DNA of 64,000 nt from an uncultured Actinomycetes bacterium (GCA_963788875.1 CAWBIQ010000014.1:11113-75112); one strand, 5' to 3'. Numbered from the stretch's first letter, positions 30,270 through 39,677 are shown. Notes: generated by a model from the letters alone, not told the origin. Numbers and translations: made by a program.

Positions 30270-30554
30270 GTGCGCGCGTTCCGCCTCCCGGCAGCCCTGG
30301 CTGTGATCTCCGGACTCGTCGTCCTGACCGCCTGGATCATGGCCTGGCCCGTCGAGCGGGCTGTCTACCTCGCCCCCGTGATCGTCGTCGGCGTCGCCGC
30401 CGTCCTCGGGCTGCTCATCCTCTGGGGCCGGATCGCACTCGAGTCGCTCCGCGAGAGCCGGCGGCCGAAGCTCGTGCTCGGGCTCTGGCTCGCCGGGATC
30501 GGGCTGATCGTGCTGCTGACCGTGCTCGGCGTCGAGCTGCCGCGCGAGGGCTAG
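30270..30554 (+). CDS. Small three-TM membrane protein (94 aa)
   Basis: AALAVISGLVVLTAWIMAW, YLAPVIVVGVAAVLGLLILWG and LVLGLWLAGIGLIVLLTVLGV. TACCCT-N6-GTG start. Confidence 0.6.
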   Translation: MRAFRLPAALAVISGLVVLTAWIMAWPVERAVYLAPVIVVGVAAVLGLLILWGRIALESLRESRRPKLVLGLWLAGIGLIVLLTVLGVELPREG

Positions 30555-30648
30555 GGGGTCTAGCACTCGTTCGAGGGGTCAGGCGGCGTCGAGCCCGGCC
30601 GATACGATCACCCAAGCTGCGGTTGTTCGATTCTCCCGGAGGTGTGGA

Positions 30649-31257
30649 GTGAAGAGAGTCGTTTTCACCGCAGCGCTCATCGGGCTCGTCGCGGCCGCCG
30701 TCGCCGCCGCGCCCGCAGGCGCTCGCCGGACAACGCAAGCGCCGGGTGCCTGGTGCGGAGGCACGCTCTGGAAGCTGATGACCTTGAGCGACACCAGCAA
30801 CAAGTCCGTGAACTGGACACCGACTCCGACCGGCATCGCGGACATTGCGAAGCTGACCGCACCGACTCGGATCCTCGCGTCGCGCAACAACATGTTCGAG
30901 AAGCAGCGGTGGCAGGTGACCGCTGTGATCGAGCGCTACCGCATCCAGTCGAACGGCGAGATCGCGCTGGAGATGAACGACGTTCACACGTCGACGTACA
31001 TGAACGCGTACATGCCCAACCCGCACTGCTTGACGAAGACCACGCGCGACCGCGTGGACATCGTCGCGGCACGTACCGCGTTCACGAAGGCGTGCGGAGC
31101 GCCGGTCGCGGCGTGGCAGACCCTCGGGGCGACCGTGACCATCTCCGGCGTCGGCTTCTGGAACCCCGTGAAGACGACGCTGGGCGCGCTCGGGAACGGC
31201 GCCGAGCTCCGGCCCGTCACGAGCTTCAGCCTGCTCGAGGGTTGCGGGAAGTTCTGA
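30649..31257 (+). CDS. Secreted hypothetical protein (202 aa)
   Basis: SD GGAGGTG lies upstream of GTG 30649. The signal peptide is MKRVVFTAALIGLVAAAVAAAPAGA. Four Cys residues; no family recognised. Confidence 0.65.
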   Translation: MKRVVFTAALIGLVAAAVAAAPAGARRTTQAPGAWCGGTLWKLMTLSDTSNKSVNWTPTPTGIADIAKLTAPTRILASRNNMFEKQRWQVTAVIERYRIQSNGEIALEMNDVHTSTYMNAYMPNPHCLTKTTRDRVDIVAARTAFTKACGAPVAAWQTLGATVTISGVGFWNPVKTTLGALGNGAELRPVTSFSLLEGCGKF

Positions 31258-32383
31258 GCGCGCCGGGGAGGGCGTCGAGCAGCCGCTCGACGTCCTCCCG
31301 GCTCGTGTAGGCGGCGACGGAGATCCGCAGCAAGTCCTTCTCCGGCCGCGTCACGGGAATCTCGATCCGCTCGGCCCAGAGTCGCCGCTCGAGCTCGGCG
31401 CCGTCGCAGTCCGGCGGCAGGCGGACGCCCGCCATCTGCGCCAGCAGCTCCGGCGGCGCGATCGGCTCGGTGCGAAACAGCGCACATAGCGCGTCCCGCG
31501 CGTCGAGCGCGAGCGCACGGCAGCGCTCCCGCACCTCGTCCCAGCCGCGATCGCGCTGGAAGGCGATGGCGTCGGGCACCGAGAGATAGGCCGCGGGGTC
31601 GTGCGTCCCCTGCCGTTCGGTGCGCGAGACGAACGTCGCCGGCTCCCGGTAGCCCCAGCTCACGATCGTTCCGTCGACGCGCTCCTGGTGTTCCGGCCGC
31701 ACGTGGAGGAAGCCGGCGCCCTTCGGTGCACAGAGCCACTTGTGGCAGTTGCCCGCATAGAAGTCGGCGCCGAGCACGTCGAGGTCGACGGGCACCTGGG
31801 CCGGGCCATGCGCGCCGTCCACGATCGAAACGAGCCCTTCCGCGCGGGCGCGGTCGACGATCGCCGCGACCGGCAGCCGCAGCGCCGTCGCTGAGGTGAC
31901 GTGAGAGACGAAGACCGCGCGCGTGCGTTCCGTCCGCCGCGCGAAGAGGGCCGCCACGACGTCCTCGTCGCGAGCGATCGGCAGCGGGAGGCTCGCGCGG
32001 ACGAAACGGGCTCCCCGCCGCGCGCACAGCCACTCCCAGGCGAGCTCGCAGGCGCCGTATTCGAGCTCGGTGGCGAGGATCTCGTCGCCGGGGCGCAGCT
32101 CGAGCGAGCGGGCGGCCATGTTCACGCCCGCGGTGGCGTTCTGGACGAACGTCAGATCGCCGGCGGCGGCGCCGAGGTAGGCGGCGAGCGCGGCGCGCGC
32201 CCCCGCGAGCAGATCGGGCAGCCTGCGGTCGACGAAGTGCACGGGCTCACGCTCGAGCTCGAGCTGCCACGACTGGTAGCGCTCGAACACCGGCCGCGGG
32301 CAGGCGCCGAACGCGCCGTGGTTGAGGAAGGTCACCCCCGGGTCCAGCAGGAACTCCTCGCGCAGCTCGGCTGCCGTCGACAT
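31226..32383 (-). CDS. Class V aminotransferase (isopenicillin-N-epimerase / cysteine-desulfurase-like, PLP-dependent)
   Basis: FLNHGAFGACPRPV, VFVSHVTSATA, IVDGAHGPAQVP and ADFYAGNCHKWLCAPKGAGFLHV (PLP lysine). TAGACT-N6-ATG start. Confidence 0.8.
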   Translation of the reverse strand: MSTAAELREEFLLDPGVTFLNHGAFGACPRPVFERYQSWQLELEREPVHFVDRRLPDLLAGARAALAAYLGAAAGDLTFVQNATAGVNMAARSLELRPGDEILATELEYGACELAWEWLCARRGARFVRASLPLPIARDEDVVAALFARRTERTRAVFVSHVTSATALRLPVAAIVDRARAEGLVSIVDGAHGPAQVPVDLDVLGADFYAGNCHKWLCAPKGAGFLHVRPEHQERVDGTIVSWGYREPATFVSRTERQGTHDPAAYLSVPDAIAFQRDRGWDEVRERCRALALDARDALCALFRTEPIAPPELLAQMAGVRLPPDCDGAELERRLWAERIEIPVTRPEKDLLRISVAAYTSREDVERLLDALPGALRTSRNPRAG

Positions 32384-32389
32384 ACGCGG

Positions 32390-32399
32390 AGTCTAGGAT
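32390..32399. promoter_or_regulatory. Back-to-back divergent -10 boxes sharing a TA (AGTCTAGGAT)
   Basis: The minus-strand TAGACT (32395-32390) lies 6 nt from ATG 32383. The plus-strand TAGGAT (32394-32399) lies 8 nt from TTG 32408. Confidence 0.5.
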
Positions 32400-32407
32400 C
32401 GGCGGTC

Positions 32408-33307
32408 TTGGGCGAGGGGGTCCTGACGGGTGGCGAAGAGTCGCCGGCGCGCGGGCCGTGGCGGCGCGCCGCCCGGCGCTACCTCCGCTACCCGCTCGGC
32501 GTCGTCGCGCTCGCGCTCCTGCTCGCGATCGTCGTCGCGGGCCTCCTGGGAGGTCGCATCGCCCACTATCCGGTCAACTTCGTCGACCTGCAGCACCTGA
32601 ACGAAGCCCACGGCCCGACGCTCGTCGCCCACCACCTGTTCGGGACCGACTACCTGGGGCGCGATCTCCTGAGCCAGCTCCTGTACGGGCTCCACACGTC
32701 GATCCTCGTGGCGTTGCTCGTGACGATCGCGGCGACGGCGTTCGGCGTGCTCGTCGGCGCGATCGCCGGCTACGCGGGCGGCTGGCTCGACCTCCTCCTG
32801 ATGCGCGGCGTCGACCTGGTCGTCACCCTGCCGGCGCTCGCCGCCCTGCTCGTGTCGATCGTCTACTTCTCGCCGCTGACCGCGACCCGGATCGGCATCG
32901 TGCTGAGCCTGTACATGTGGACGACGGTCGCCCGCGTCGTGCGGGCGAGCTGCGCGCTGCTGCGCGACCGCGAGTTCATCGAGGCGGCGCACGCGGCCGG
33001 CGCCTCCGCGCTGCGGATCGTGGTCCGGCATCTGCTGCCGAACAGCGCCGGCCCGATCATCGTCGCCGCAACCACCGTGTTCGGCCAGGTGGTCGTGCTC
33101 GAGGCGACCGCGGACTTCTTCAACGTCGGCACGAGCCAGGTCAGCGGGCCCACGCTCGGCAATCTGATCGCAGACTCGACGAAGTACGGGAACATCGGGC
33201 TCGCGCCGTGGTGGACGTACACGATCCCGGCGCTCGTGCTGATCACCCTGCTCACGTGCGTGAACTTCGTCGGCGACAGCCTCGACGACGCGTTCGGCGC
33301 GGCCTGA
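32408..33307 (+). CDS. Opp/Dpp-type ABC transporter permease (OppC/DppC-like), copy 1
   Basis: HLFGTDYLGRDLLSQLLYG, GYAGGWLDLLLMRGVDLVVTLP, EFIEAAHAAGASALRIVVRHLLPN (EAA loop). The TTG start is tentative. Confidence 0.8.
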   Translation: MGEGVLTGGEESPARGPWRRAARRYLRYPLGVVALALLLAIVVAGLLGGRIAHYPVNFVDLQHLNEAHGPTLVAHHLFGTDYLGRDLLSQLLYGLHTSILVALLVTIAATAFGVLVGAIAGYAGGWLDLLLMRGVDLVVTLPALAALLVSIVYFSPLTATRIGIVLSLYMWTTVARVVRASCALLRDREFIEAAHAAGASALRIVVRHLLPNSAGPIIVAATTVFGQVVVLEATADFFNVGTSQVSGPTLGNLIADSTKYGNIGLAPWWTYTIPALVLITLLTCVNFVGDSLDDAFGAA

Positions 33308-34294
33308 TCAGTCGAGGCGCAGCCGCGGGTCGAGCAGCGCACAGGCGATGTCGCCGAGGATGCCCGCGACGACGACGATCGCAGCCGAGAGCACGAGCGA
33401 GGCCTCGATCAGGTACGGGTCCGCGTTGAGCAGGCCGCCGGCGAGGAAGAGCGACGCGAGGCCGTGCAGGCCGAACACGTAGTCGGCGGCGAGCGAGGCG
33501 CCGAAGACGGCGCCGAAGTCGAGCGCGATCACGGTCGTGAACGGGACGAGCGCGTTGCGGAGCGCGTAGCGCCTGACCACGAGCCGTTCGGGCAGGCCCT
33601 TGCCGCGGGCGACGACGGTGTAGGGCGCGTCGAGCGTGACGATCAGGGCCGTGCGGAGATAGCGGCTGTACGCCCCGATGAAGCCGAGCGCGACCGCAAC
33701 GGCCGGCAGCGTCATGTGCTGGGCCCAGTCGCGGACGCCGTGTGCGGTGAAGCCGAGGCCGGGGGTGGGCGTGCCGCCGATGGCGAACGGCTCGAAGTGC
33801 CACGAGTTCGCCATGGCGACGAACGCGTGCTGCAACAGCAGCGCGAGCAGGAAGGCAGGCATCGACCAGGACAGGTAGGAGACGCCGCGCAGGCCGAGGT
33901 CGAGCGCGGTGCCGCGGCGCCGGGCCGCGACCGTGCCGACGAGCACGCTCGCGAGCGCGACGATCACGATCGCGATCCCGATCAGCGCGAGCGTCGTGAT
34001 GAACGCGTGCTCGACCTGCGGCCAGACGGCCGAGTTGTCGACCACCTCCCGGCCGAAGCCCCGTCCCGTGAAGAGGCCTTTCAGCCAGAGCCAGTAGCGG
34101 ACGACGACGGGGTCGTCGAGGTGCGCACGCTTGCGCATGGCGAGCACCTCCGGCGCGTGCGGCGTCTGGAAGAAGCTCCAGAGCGGGTTGAGCGCGGTGG
34201 CGAACACGAGCCAGGTGAAGAACGAGACCGTGGCCATGACCACGACCCCGAGCCCCAGCCGCCTGACGAGGAATCGCAGCACCGGGGCGAGCAT
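33308..34294 (-). CDS. Opp/Dpp-type ABC transporter permease (OppB/DppB-like), copy 1
   Basis: MLAPVLRFLVRRLGLGVVV.., LDDPVVVRYWLWLKGLFTG, YVVARGKGLPERLVVRRYALRNALVP. The stop abuts the stop of the convergent copy-1 OppC gene (TGATCA). Confidence 0.8.
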   Translation of the reverse strand: MLAPVLRFLVRRLGLGVVVMATVSFFTWLVFATALNPLWSFFQTPHAPEVLAMRKRAHLDDPVVVRYWLWLKGLFTGRGFGREVVDNSAVWPQVEHAFITTLALIGIAIVIVALASVLVGTVAARRRGTALDLGLRGVSYLSWSMPAFLLALLLQHAFVAMANSWHFEPFAIGGTPTPGLGFTAHGVRDWAQHMTLPAVAVALGFIGAYSRYLRTALIVTLDAPYTVVARGKGLPERLVVRRYALRNALVPFTTVIALDFGAVFGASLAADYVFGLHGLASLFLAGGLLNADPYLIEASLVLSAAIVVVAGILGDIACALLDPRLRLD

Positions 34295-34334
34295 ACGTAC
34301 CGCCTCCGACCGTGGGCGTAGCATCGGGCCGAGG

Positions 34335-35243
34335 GTGAGCGAAGGCGCCGAGACCGGGGCGGAAGGGGTGGGCCCCCGGTCGCGCGGGCCCTGGCGGCGG
34401 GCGGCACGCCGCTACGCCGGCCGGCCGGCAGGGGTGGTCGCGCTCGCCGTCCTGCTCGCGCTCGTCGGGATCTCCGTCGAAGCGGGCCGCGTCGCGTCGT
34501 ATCCCGTCAACTTCGTCGATCTCGCGCATCTGAACGAGGCGGCAGGCCCGACGCTTGCCGGCCGTCATTTCTTCGGCACGGACTATCTCGGCCGCGATCT
34601 GTTCAGCCAGACGATCTACGGGCTGCGGACGTCGCTCTTCATCGCGCTGATGGTCGGCGCCGCCGCGGCAGTGGCCGGCGTGCTCGTGGGCGCCGTCGCC
34701 GGCTACGCGGGCGGCTGGCCGGACGCGATCCTCATGCGCGGAGTCGACCTCGTCGTGACGGTCCCGGTGATCGTGGTGACGTTCGTGTCGTACTCGTACT
34801 TCAAGCCGCTGAGACCGAGAGAAGTCGGCTTCGTCCTCATCCTGTACATGTGGACGACGGTCGCGCGTGTCGTCCGCGCAAGCTGCGCGAGCCTGCGCGA
34901 GCGCGAGTTCGTCGAGGCTGCGCACGCGCTCGGAGCCTCGCCGCTCCGGATCGTCATCCGGCATCTCCTCCCGAATTCGATCGGGCCGGCTCTCGTCGCC
35001 ACGACCGCGGTGATCGGGCAGGCGCTCGTGCTCGAGGCGACGGTCGACTTCTTCAATCTCGGCACGACGCAGCTCGCAGGGCCGACGCTCGGCAACCTCG
35101 TCGCCGACTCGACGAAGTTCAACGTGCCGATCCAGCAGGTGCCCTGGTGGAGCTATGCGTGCCCGTCGCTCGTGCTCGTGCTGCTCCTGCTGTGCGTCAA
35201 CTTCGTCGGCGACAACCTCGACGACGCGCTCGCAGGAGCCTAG
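34335..35243 (+). CDS. Opp/Dpp-type ABC transporter permease (OppC/DppC-like), copy 2
   Basis: Paralogue of 32408..33307: HFFGTDYLGRDLFSQTIYG, GYAGGWPDAILMRGVDLVVTVP, EFVEAAHALGASPLRIVIRHLLPN. GTG 34335. Confidence 0.8.
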   Translation: MSEGAETGAEGVGPRSRGPWRRAARRYAGRPAGVVALAVLLALVGISVEAGRVASYPVNFVDLAHLNEAAGPTLAGRHFFGTDYLGRDLFSQTIYGLRTSLFIALMVGAAAAVAGVLVGAVAGYAGGWPDAILMRGVDLVVTVPVIVVTFVSYSYFKPLRPREVGFVLILYMWTTVARVVRASCASLREREFVEAAHALGASPLRIVIRHLLPNSIGPALVATTAVIGQALVLEATVDFFNLGTTQLAGPTLGNLVADSTKFNVPIQQVPWWSYACPSLVLVLLLLCVNFVGDNLDDALAGA

Positions 35244-36190
35244 GCCAACCGGATGCGCGGGTCGAGCAACGCGCACACGACGTCGCCGACGATGCCGGCC
35301 ACGACGACGATCGCCGCCGTCACGACGATCGCGGCCTCGATCAGGAACGGGTCGGCGAGGTTCACGACTCCGTTGTAGACGAGCCCGGCGAGCCCGCCGA
35401 GGTTGAAGACGAAGTCGACGGCGATCGTCGCCCCGAAGATCGCGCCGAAGTCGAGCGTCATCGCCGTCGTGAACGGGACGAGCGCGTTCCGGAGGGCGTG
35501 GCGGCGGATCACCGCCCCCTCCGAGAGCCCCTTGCCGCGCGCCACCCAGGCGTACGGCTCGTTGAGGGAGACGAGCAGCGAGGAGCGGAGATAGCGGCTG
35601 TAGACGCCGACGAACCCGAGCGCGACGGCGAGCGAGGGGAGCGCCAGACGCTGGAAGGCGTTGCCGAGGCTGGTCGGCGGCCCTTCCTGGACGAACTGGG
35701 CGAGATGCCAGGAGCTCGGAGCCGCCGCGAAGCCGTGGATGAGCCAGAGCGCGAGCAGGAACGTCGGGACCGACCAGACGAGGTACGAGGTGGCGCGGAG
35801 CCCGACGTCGAGCGGTGAGTCGCGCCGCCGCGCCTCGACGGCCGCGAGCAGCACGCTGACGAGGACGATGACGACGAGCGAGAAGCCGAGCAGCTCGCCC
35901 GTGTGCTCGAGGGTGATCCGCAGCGCCGTGCCGATCGGCGTCTGGTCGACGACCGTGCGACCGAAGCCCTGCCCGGTGAACAGCCCTTTCACCCATAGCC
36001 AGTAGCGGACGAGCAGCGGATCGTGCAGATGCGCCCGCTTCGCCATCGCGACCGCTTCGGGTGCGTTCGGATTCCCGAAATACCGCCACAGCGGATTGAG
36101 CGCCGGCACGAAGATCAGCCACGAGAGGAAGGACAGGGCCGCGACGACGAGCGCGCCGAGCCCGAGCCGTCTGACGAGGAACGCCAGCAC
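35240..36190 (-). CDS. Opp/Dpp-type ABC transporter permease (OppB/DppB-like), copy 2
   Basis: Paralogue of 33308..34294: VLAFLVRRLGLGALV.., LHDPLLVRYWLWVKGLFTG, YAWVARGKGLSEGAVIRRHALRNALVP. TATTCT-N7-GTG 36190. Its stop overlaps the copy-2 OppC stop within CCTAGG. Confidence 0.8.
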   Translation of the reverse strand: MLAFLVRRLGLGALVVAALSFLSWLIFVPALNPLWRYFGNPNAPEAVAMAKRAHLHDPLLVRYWLWVKGLFTGQGFGRTVVDQTPIGTALRITLEHTGELLGFSLVVIVLVSVLLAAVEARRRDSPLDVGLRATSYLVWSVPTFLLALWLIHGFAAAPSSWHLAQFVQEGPPTSLGNAFQRLALPSLAVALGFVGVYSRYLRSSLLVSLNEPYAWVARGKGLSEGAVIRRHALRNALVPFTTAMTLDFGAIFGATIAVDFVFNLGGLAGLVYNGVVNLADPFLIEAAIVVTAAIVVVAGIVGDVVCALLDPRIRLA

Positions 36191-36250
36191 AGCCTCGAGA
36201 ATAGAGGTCGAACCGGCTCCATCCGACCCTCCCCGTACCGTGAATTCACG

Positions 36251-38134
36251 ATGCACGAGGGCACCTGGACGATCCGTCCGTGTCCGCACCGGGTGCAGGC
36301 CGAGCTGGCCCAGACGCTGGGAATCAGCGAGCTCACGGCAGGCGTCCTCGTCCGGCGCGGCTACGGCGACCCCGAGGAGGCGCGCGCCTTCCTGGACGGC
36401 GAGATGACGCCGCACGACCCGTTCCTGCTCGGCGACATGCGCGCCGCCTGCGAGCGGATCCGCGCCGCGGTCGTCGACGGGCGCCGTATCTGCGTGCACG
36501 GCGACTACGACGTCGACGGCATCGCCGCCACGACGCTCGCCGTCCTCCTGCTGCGCGAGCTCGGCGCCGACGTCGTCTGGCACCTGCCGAGCCGCTTCGA
36601 CGAGGGCTACGGCGTGCGCAGCGAGACGCTTGCCCGGCTCGCCGACGAGGGCGTCGGACTCGTGCTCACCGTCGACTGCGGCATCACCGCCGTCACGGAG
36701 GTCGCCGAGGCGAAGGAGCGCTGCCTCGAGGTGATCGTCACCGACCATCACCGGCCCGGCGAGACCCTGCCCGACTGTCCGATCGTCGCGACGCGGCCGT
36801 CCGGCTACCCGTTCCCCGAGCTGTGCGGCACCGGCGTCGTCTACAAGCTCGGCCAGGCGCTCTTCGGCGTCGAATCCGAGATCCCGAAGCGGCATCTCGA
36901 CCTGGTCGGGCTCGCGACGATCGCCGACGTGGTGCCGCTCGTGGACGAGAACCGGTCGCTCGCGATCGCCGGCCTGCGCTCGCTTGCGCGTACGCAGAAG
37001 CCCGGGCTGCGGGCCCTCATGCGGGCCGCCGGCGTCGATCCCGCCGCGGTCGATGCGGGCGCCGTCGGCTTCCGGCTCGCGCCGCGGATCAATGCCGCCG
37101 GCAGGCTCGGCCACCCGCGCGCGGCGCTCGAGCTCCTGCTCACCGAGGACGCAGAGGACGCGCGGCGGATCGCCGACTCGCTCGAGGAGCTCAACCGCGA
37201 GCGGCAGGCGATCGAAGGCCGGATCCTGCGCGAGGCGATCAAGCAGGTCGAGAGCTGGCCGGAGGCCGAGCGCCGCCGCCACGCCTACGTCGTCGCCGGC
37301 GAGGACTGGCACGAAGGCGTGATCGGGATCGTCGCCTCCCGGCTCGTCGAGCGCTTCAACCGCCCCGTCGTGCTCATCGCCGGCGGCGAGGGAGACTGGA
37401 AGGGCTCAGGGCGCTCGATCGCCTCGTTCGACCTGCATGCCGGCCTGGCGGCCTGCTCGGAGCTCCTGGAGCGCTGGGGCGGCCACCGTGCCGCCGCCGG
37501 CCTCTCGATCAAGCCGGAGCACGTGGCCGAGTTCGCGGCGCGGTTCGCGGAGCACGCGGCGGGGCTCCTCGAGGACGAGGACCTGGCACCGCAGACCCGG
37601 ATCGACGCGATCGTCCCGCGGGGCACGCGGTTGACGCTCGAGCTCTGCGCCGAGCTCGCGCGCCTCGCCCCCTTCGGGCTCGGCAACCCCGACGTCACCC
37701 TGCTCGCGCCCGGCTGCGAGCTCGGCGAGCTCTCCACCGTCGGAGAGGGCAAGCACCTGCGCTTCCGCGTGCGCTGCGACGGGGCCGACGCCGGCAGCGC
37801 GATCGCCTTCGGCTACGGCTCGCAGCTCGACGCCTACCGTCGCCAGGGCCGCTACGACGTCGCCTTCCGGCTCGCCGAGAACCGCTGGAACGGCACCGTC
37901 GCGCCGCAGCTCGTCGTGCGCCGCGTCTTCGGCGCCGGTGAGCGCTACGGCGAGCTCCGCGACTGGCTCGTGGCCGAGTACAGGAAGCCGGCGGAGGCGC
38001 GGGCCGCCGAGGCCTCAGCGATCTTCGCCGAGCTCGAGCTCGACGAGGCCGGGCTCGGGAGAAGGCACCTGCTCGACTCGCAGCGCTTCCGTGCGCTGCT
38101 CGCGGGTGCGCCCGCCCTCGCCCGCGCGGCTTAG
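36251..38134 (+). CDS. recJ: Single-stranded-DNA-specific exonuclease RecJ
   Basis: ICVHGDYDVDGIAATT, PSRFDEGYG, LVLTVDCGI, VIVTDHH, ADVVPL, NAAGRLG and GGHRAAAG. The ATG is an internal start of ORF 36023..38134. Confidence 0.9.
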   Translation: MHEGTWTIRPCPHRVQAELAQTLGISELTAGVLVRRGYGDPEEARAFLDGEMTPHDPFLLGDMRAACERIRAAVVDGRRICVHGDYDVDGIAATTLAVLLLRELGADVVWHLPSRFDEGYGVRSETLARLADEGVGLVLTVDCGITAVTEVAEAKERCLEVIVTDHHRPGETLPDCPIVATRPSGYPFPELCGTGVVYKLGQALFGVESEIPKRHLDLVGLATIADVVPLVDENRSLAIAGLRSLARTQKPGLRALMRAAGVDPAAVDAGAVGFRLAPRINAAGRLGHPRAALELLLTEDAEDARRIADSLEELNRERQAIEGRILREAIKQVESWPEAERRRHAYVVAGEDWHEGVIGIVASRLVERFNRPVVLIAGGEGDWKGSGRSIASFDLHAGLAACSELLERWGGHRAAAGLSIKPEHVAEFAARFAEHAAGLLEDEDLAPQTRIDAIVPRGTRLTLELCAELARLAPFGLGNPDVTLLAPGCELGELSTVGEGKHLRFRVRCDGADAGSAIAFGYGSQLDAYRRQGRYDVAFRLAENRWNGTVAPQLVVRRVFGAGERYGELRDWLVAEYRKPAEARAAEASAIFAELELDEAGLGRRHLLDSQRFRALLAGAPALARAA

Positions 38135-39273
38135 AAGACGCCGATCTCGATGGTGCGGGACGGCACCGTCTGCTCGTTCAGCCACCGGGCGACGGCCGTC
38201 GCGTCGGCCGCGTCGTCGTAGACGCGCAGCTGCTCGTGGGCCCCGTTGCCGATGGCGAGGATCTGGTCGACGAGCTCGAGCTCCTCCGCGCAGCCGAGCG
38301 CGTCCGCCGCCGGCAAGCAGCGCTCGACGAGCGCGCGGATCGCTTCCACGGCCGACCGTTCGGTGTCGTCGGCGAGGTCGACGAGCCGGGCCTCGAGCCC
38401 GTCCCTCGCCGCGCGCCGGCGGTTCTCCTCGAGCACGACATCGGGGGTCGTCGGCGAGATCTCGCCGCACTCGAAGGCACTGCCGAGCGTGGCCACGAGC
38501 GACTGGATGAGCGCCGCGATCGCGGCGACGTTCGTCACGTGGGTCTGGGCGTCGCAGATCCGGATCTCGACCGTGCCGAAGCGCGGCTGCGGGCGGACGT
38601 CCCACCAGATGTAGGTGTAGTCGGGGAAGCAACCGGCCCGAACCCCGCTCTCGACGATGTGCTCGAACTCTGCGAACGAGCCCAGCGCCGGCGGCAGACC
38701 GCTGCGGGGCAGGTCACGGAGGATCTGCGCGCGCGTCGACGCGAGCCCTGTCGGCCTGCCCTGCCAGAAGGGGGAGTTGGCGGAGAGCGCGAGCAGCTCG
38801 GCAAGGTGGTCGCGCAGCCCGTCGGCGCAGGCGATCGCCTTTGCCGCGGAGCCGACGCCGACGTGGACGTGCAGCCCGAAGACGGGATGCCGCGCCGCGA
38901 GCCACCCCAGGCGCTCCGAGAGCTCGGCGTAGCGAGGGCGGTCGGTTACCTCCTGCTGCTCGTAGCCGGAGCAGGGGTGCGTACCTGCCGACGCGATCCC
39001 GGCGCCCGCATCGGCGGCGATGCGGATCAGCCGTGCCCGGAGGTCGACGAGGTCGTCTACGGCCTCCGCGACGCTCGCGGAAATGCGGGTCGACACCTCG
39101 ACGGTCGACTGCATCAGCTCCGGCTTGACACGCTCCTCGAGCGCGTCGCCCTGCAACGCGGCCAGGATCGGCTCGATGCCCGAGACGAGCTCGAACGTCT
39201 CCGGGTCGACGAGCTGGAGCTCCTCCTCGAGCCCGAGGCTGTACGGCGTGCTCGTGCCGAACTGGGTGCGCAC
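38131..39273 (-). CDS. ybdK: Carboxylate-amine ligase YbdK (glutamate-cysteine ligase family 2)
   Basis: YSLGLEEELQLVDPETFEL, ELMQSTVEVST, GLHVHVGV, LLALSANSPFWQG.PTGLAS.R and WWDVRPQPRFGTVEIRICD. Confidence 0.85.
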   Translation of the reverse strand: MRTQFGTSTPYSLGLEEELQLVDPETFELVSGIEPILAALQGDALEERVKPELMQSTVEVSTRISASVAEAVDDLVDLRARLIRIAADAGAGIASAGTHPCSGYEQQEVTDRPRYAELSERLGWLAARHPVFGLHVHVGVGSAAKAIACADGLRDHLAELLALSANSPFWQGRPTGLASTRAQILRDLPRSGLPPALGSFAEFEHIVESGVRAGCFPDYTYIWWDVRPQPRFGTVEIRICDAQTHVTNVAAIAALIQSLVATLGSAFECGEISPTTPDVVLEENRRRAARDGLEARLVDLADDTERSAVEAIRALVERCLPAADALGCAEELELVDQILAIGNGAHEQLRVYDDAADATAVARWLNEQTVPSRTIEIGVF

Positions 39274-39277
39274 GGGG

Positions 39278-39547
39278 TCAGCGCCCGGGTGTCGCCGGCA
39301 ACGACTCGGTCAGCATCGCATCGAGGATGAACTCGTCGTACCCGAAGAGCGTCGCGGCGATCGACGAGATCCGCCTCGCGCCGTCCAGCGGTGTCAGCTG
39401 CCGTCGCTCGACGGCGACCCTGATGTTCTCGACGAGCAGCTCGGCGGCCTGCCACTTCGGCTCGATGCTCTTCGCGAACTCGTCGGGACTCATCGCGGCG
39501 TAGTGGAGAACGAGTGAGGTCGTCCTCGTACGCGTCATGTCGGGCAC
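39278..39547 (-). CDS. Small hypothetical protein (89 aa)
   Basis: Intact ORF 4 nt upstream of ybdK with SD-like GAGGGGG before the ATG. No family recognised. Confidence 0.5.
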   Translation of the reverse strand: MPDMTRTRTTSLVLHYAAMSPDEFAKSIEPKWQAAELLVENIRVAVERRQLTPLDGARRISSIAATLFGYDEFILDAMLTESLPATPGR

Positions 39548-39677
39548 CCCCTCTGCCGCGGGACTGGGACGGGTCGTGTCCAGGTCTTTCTAGCGGCTCG
39601 GCTGGACGGCCGCGGCCGTCAGAAGGGCCGGGAGCCCGCAAACTGCGGAAATCAGAAGGCGCCGTTTTACAGAGGTT

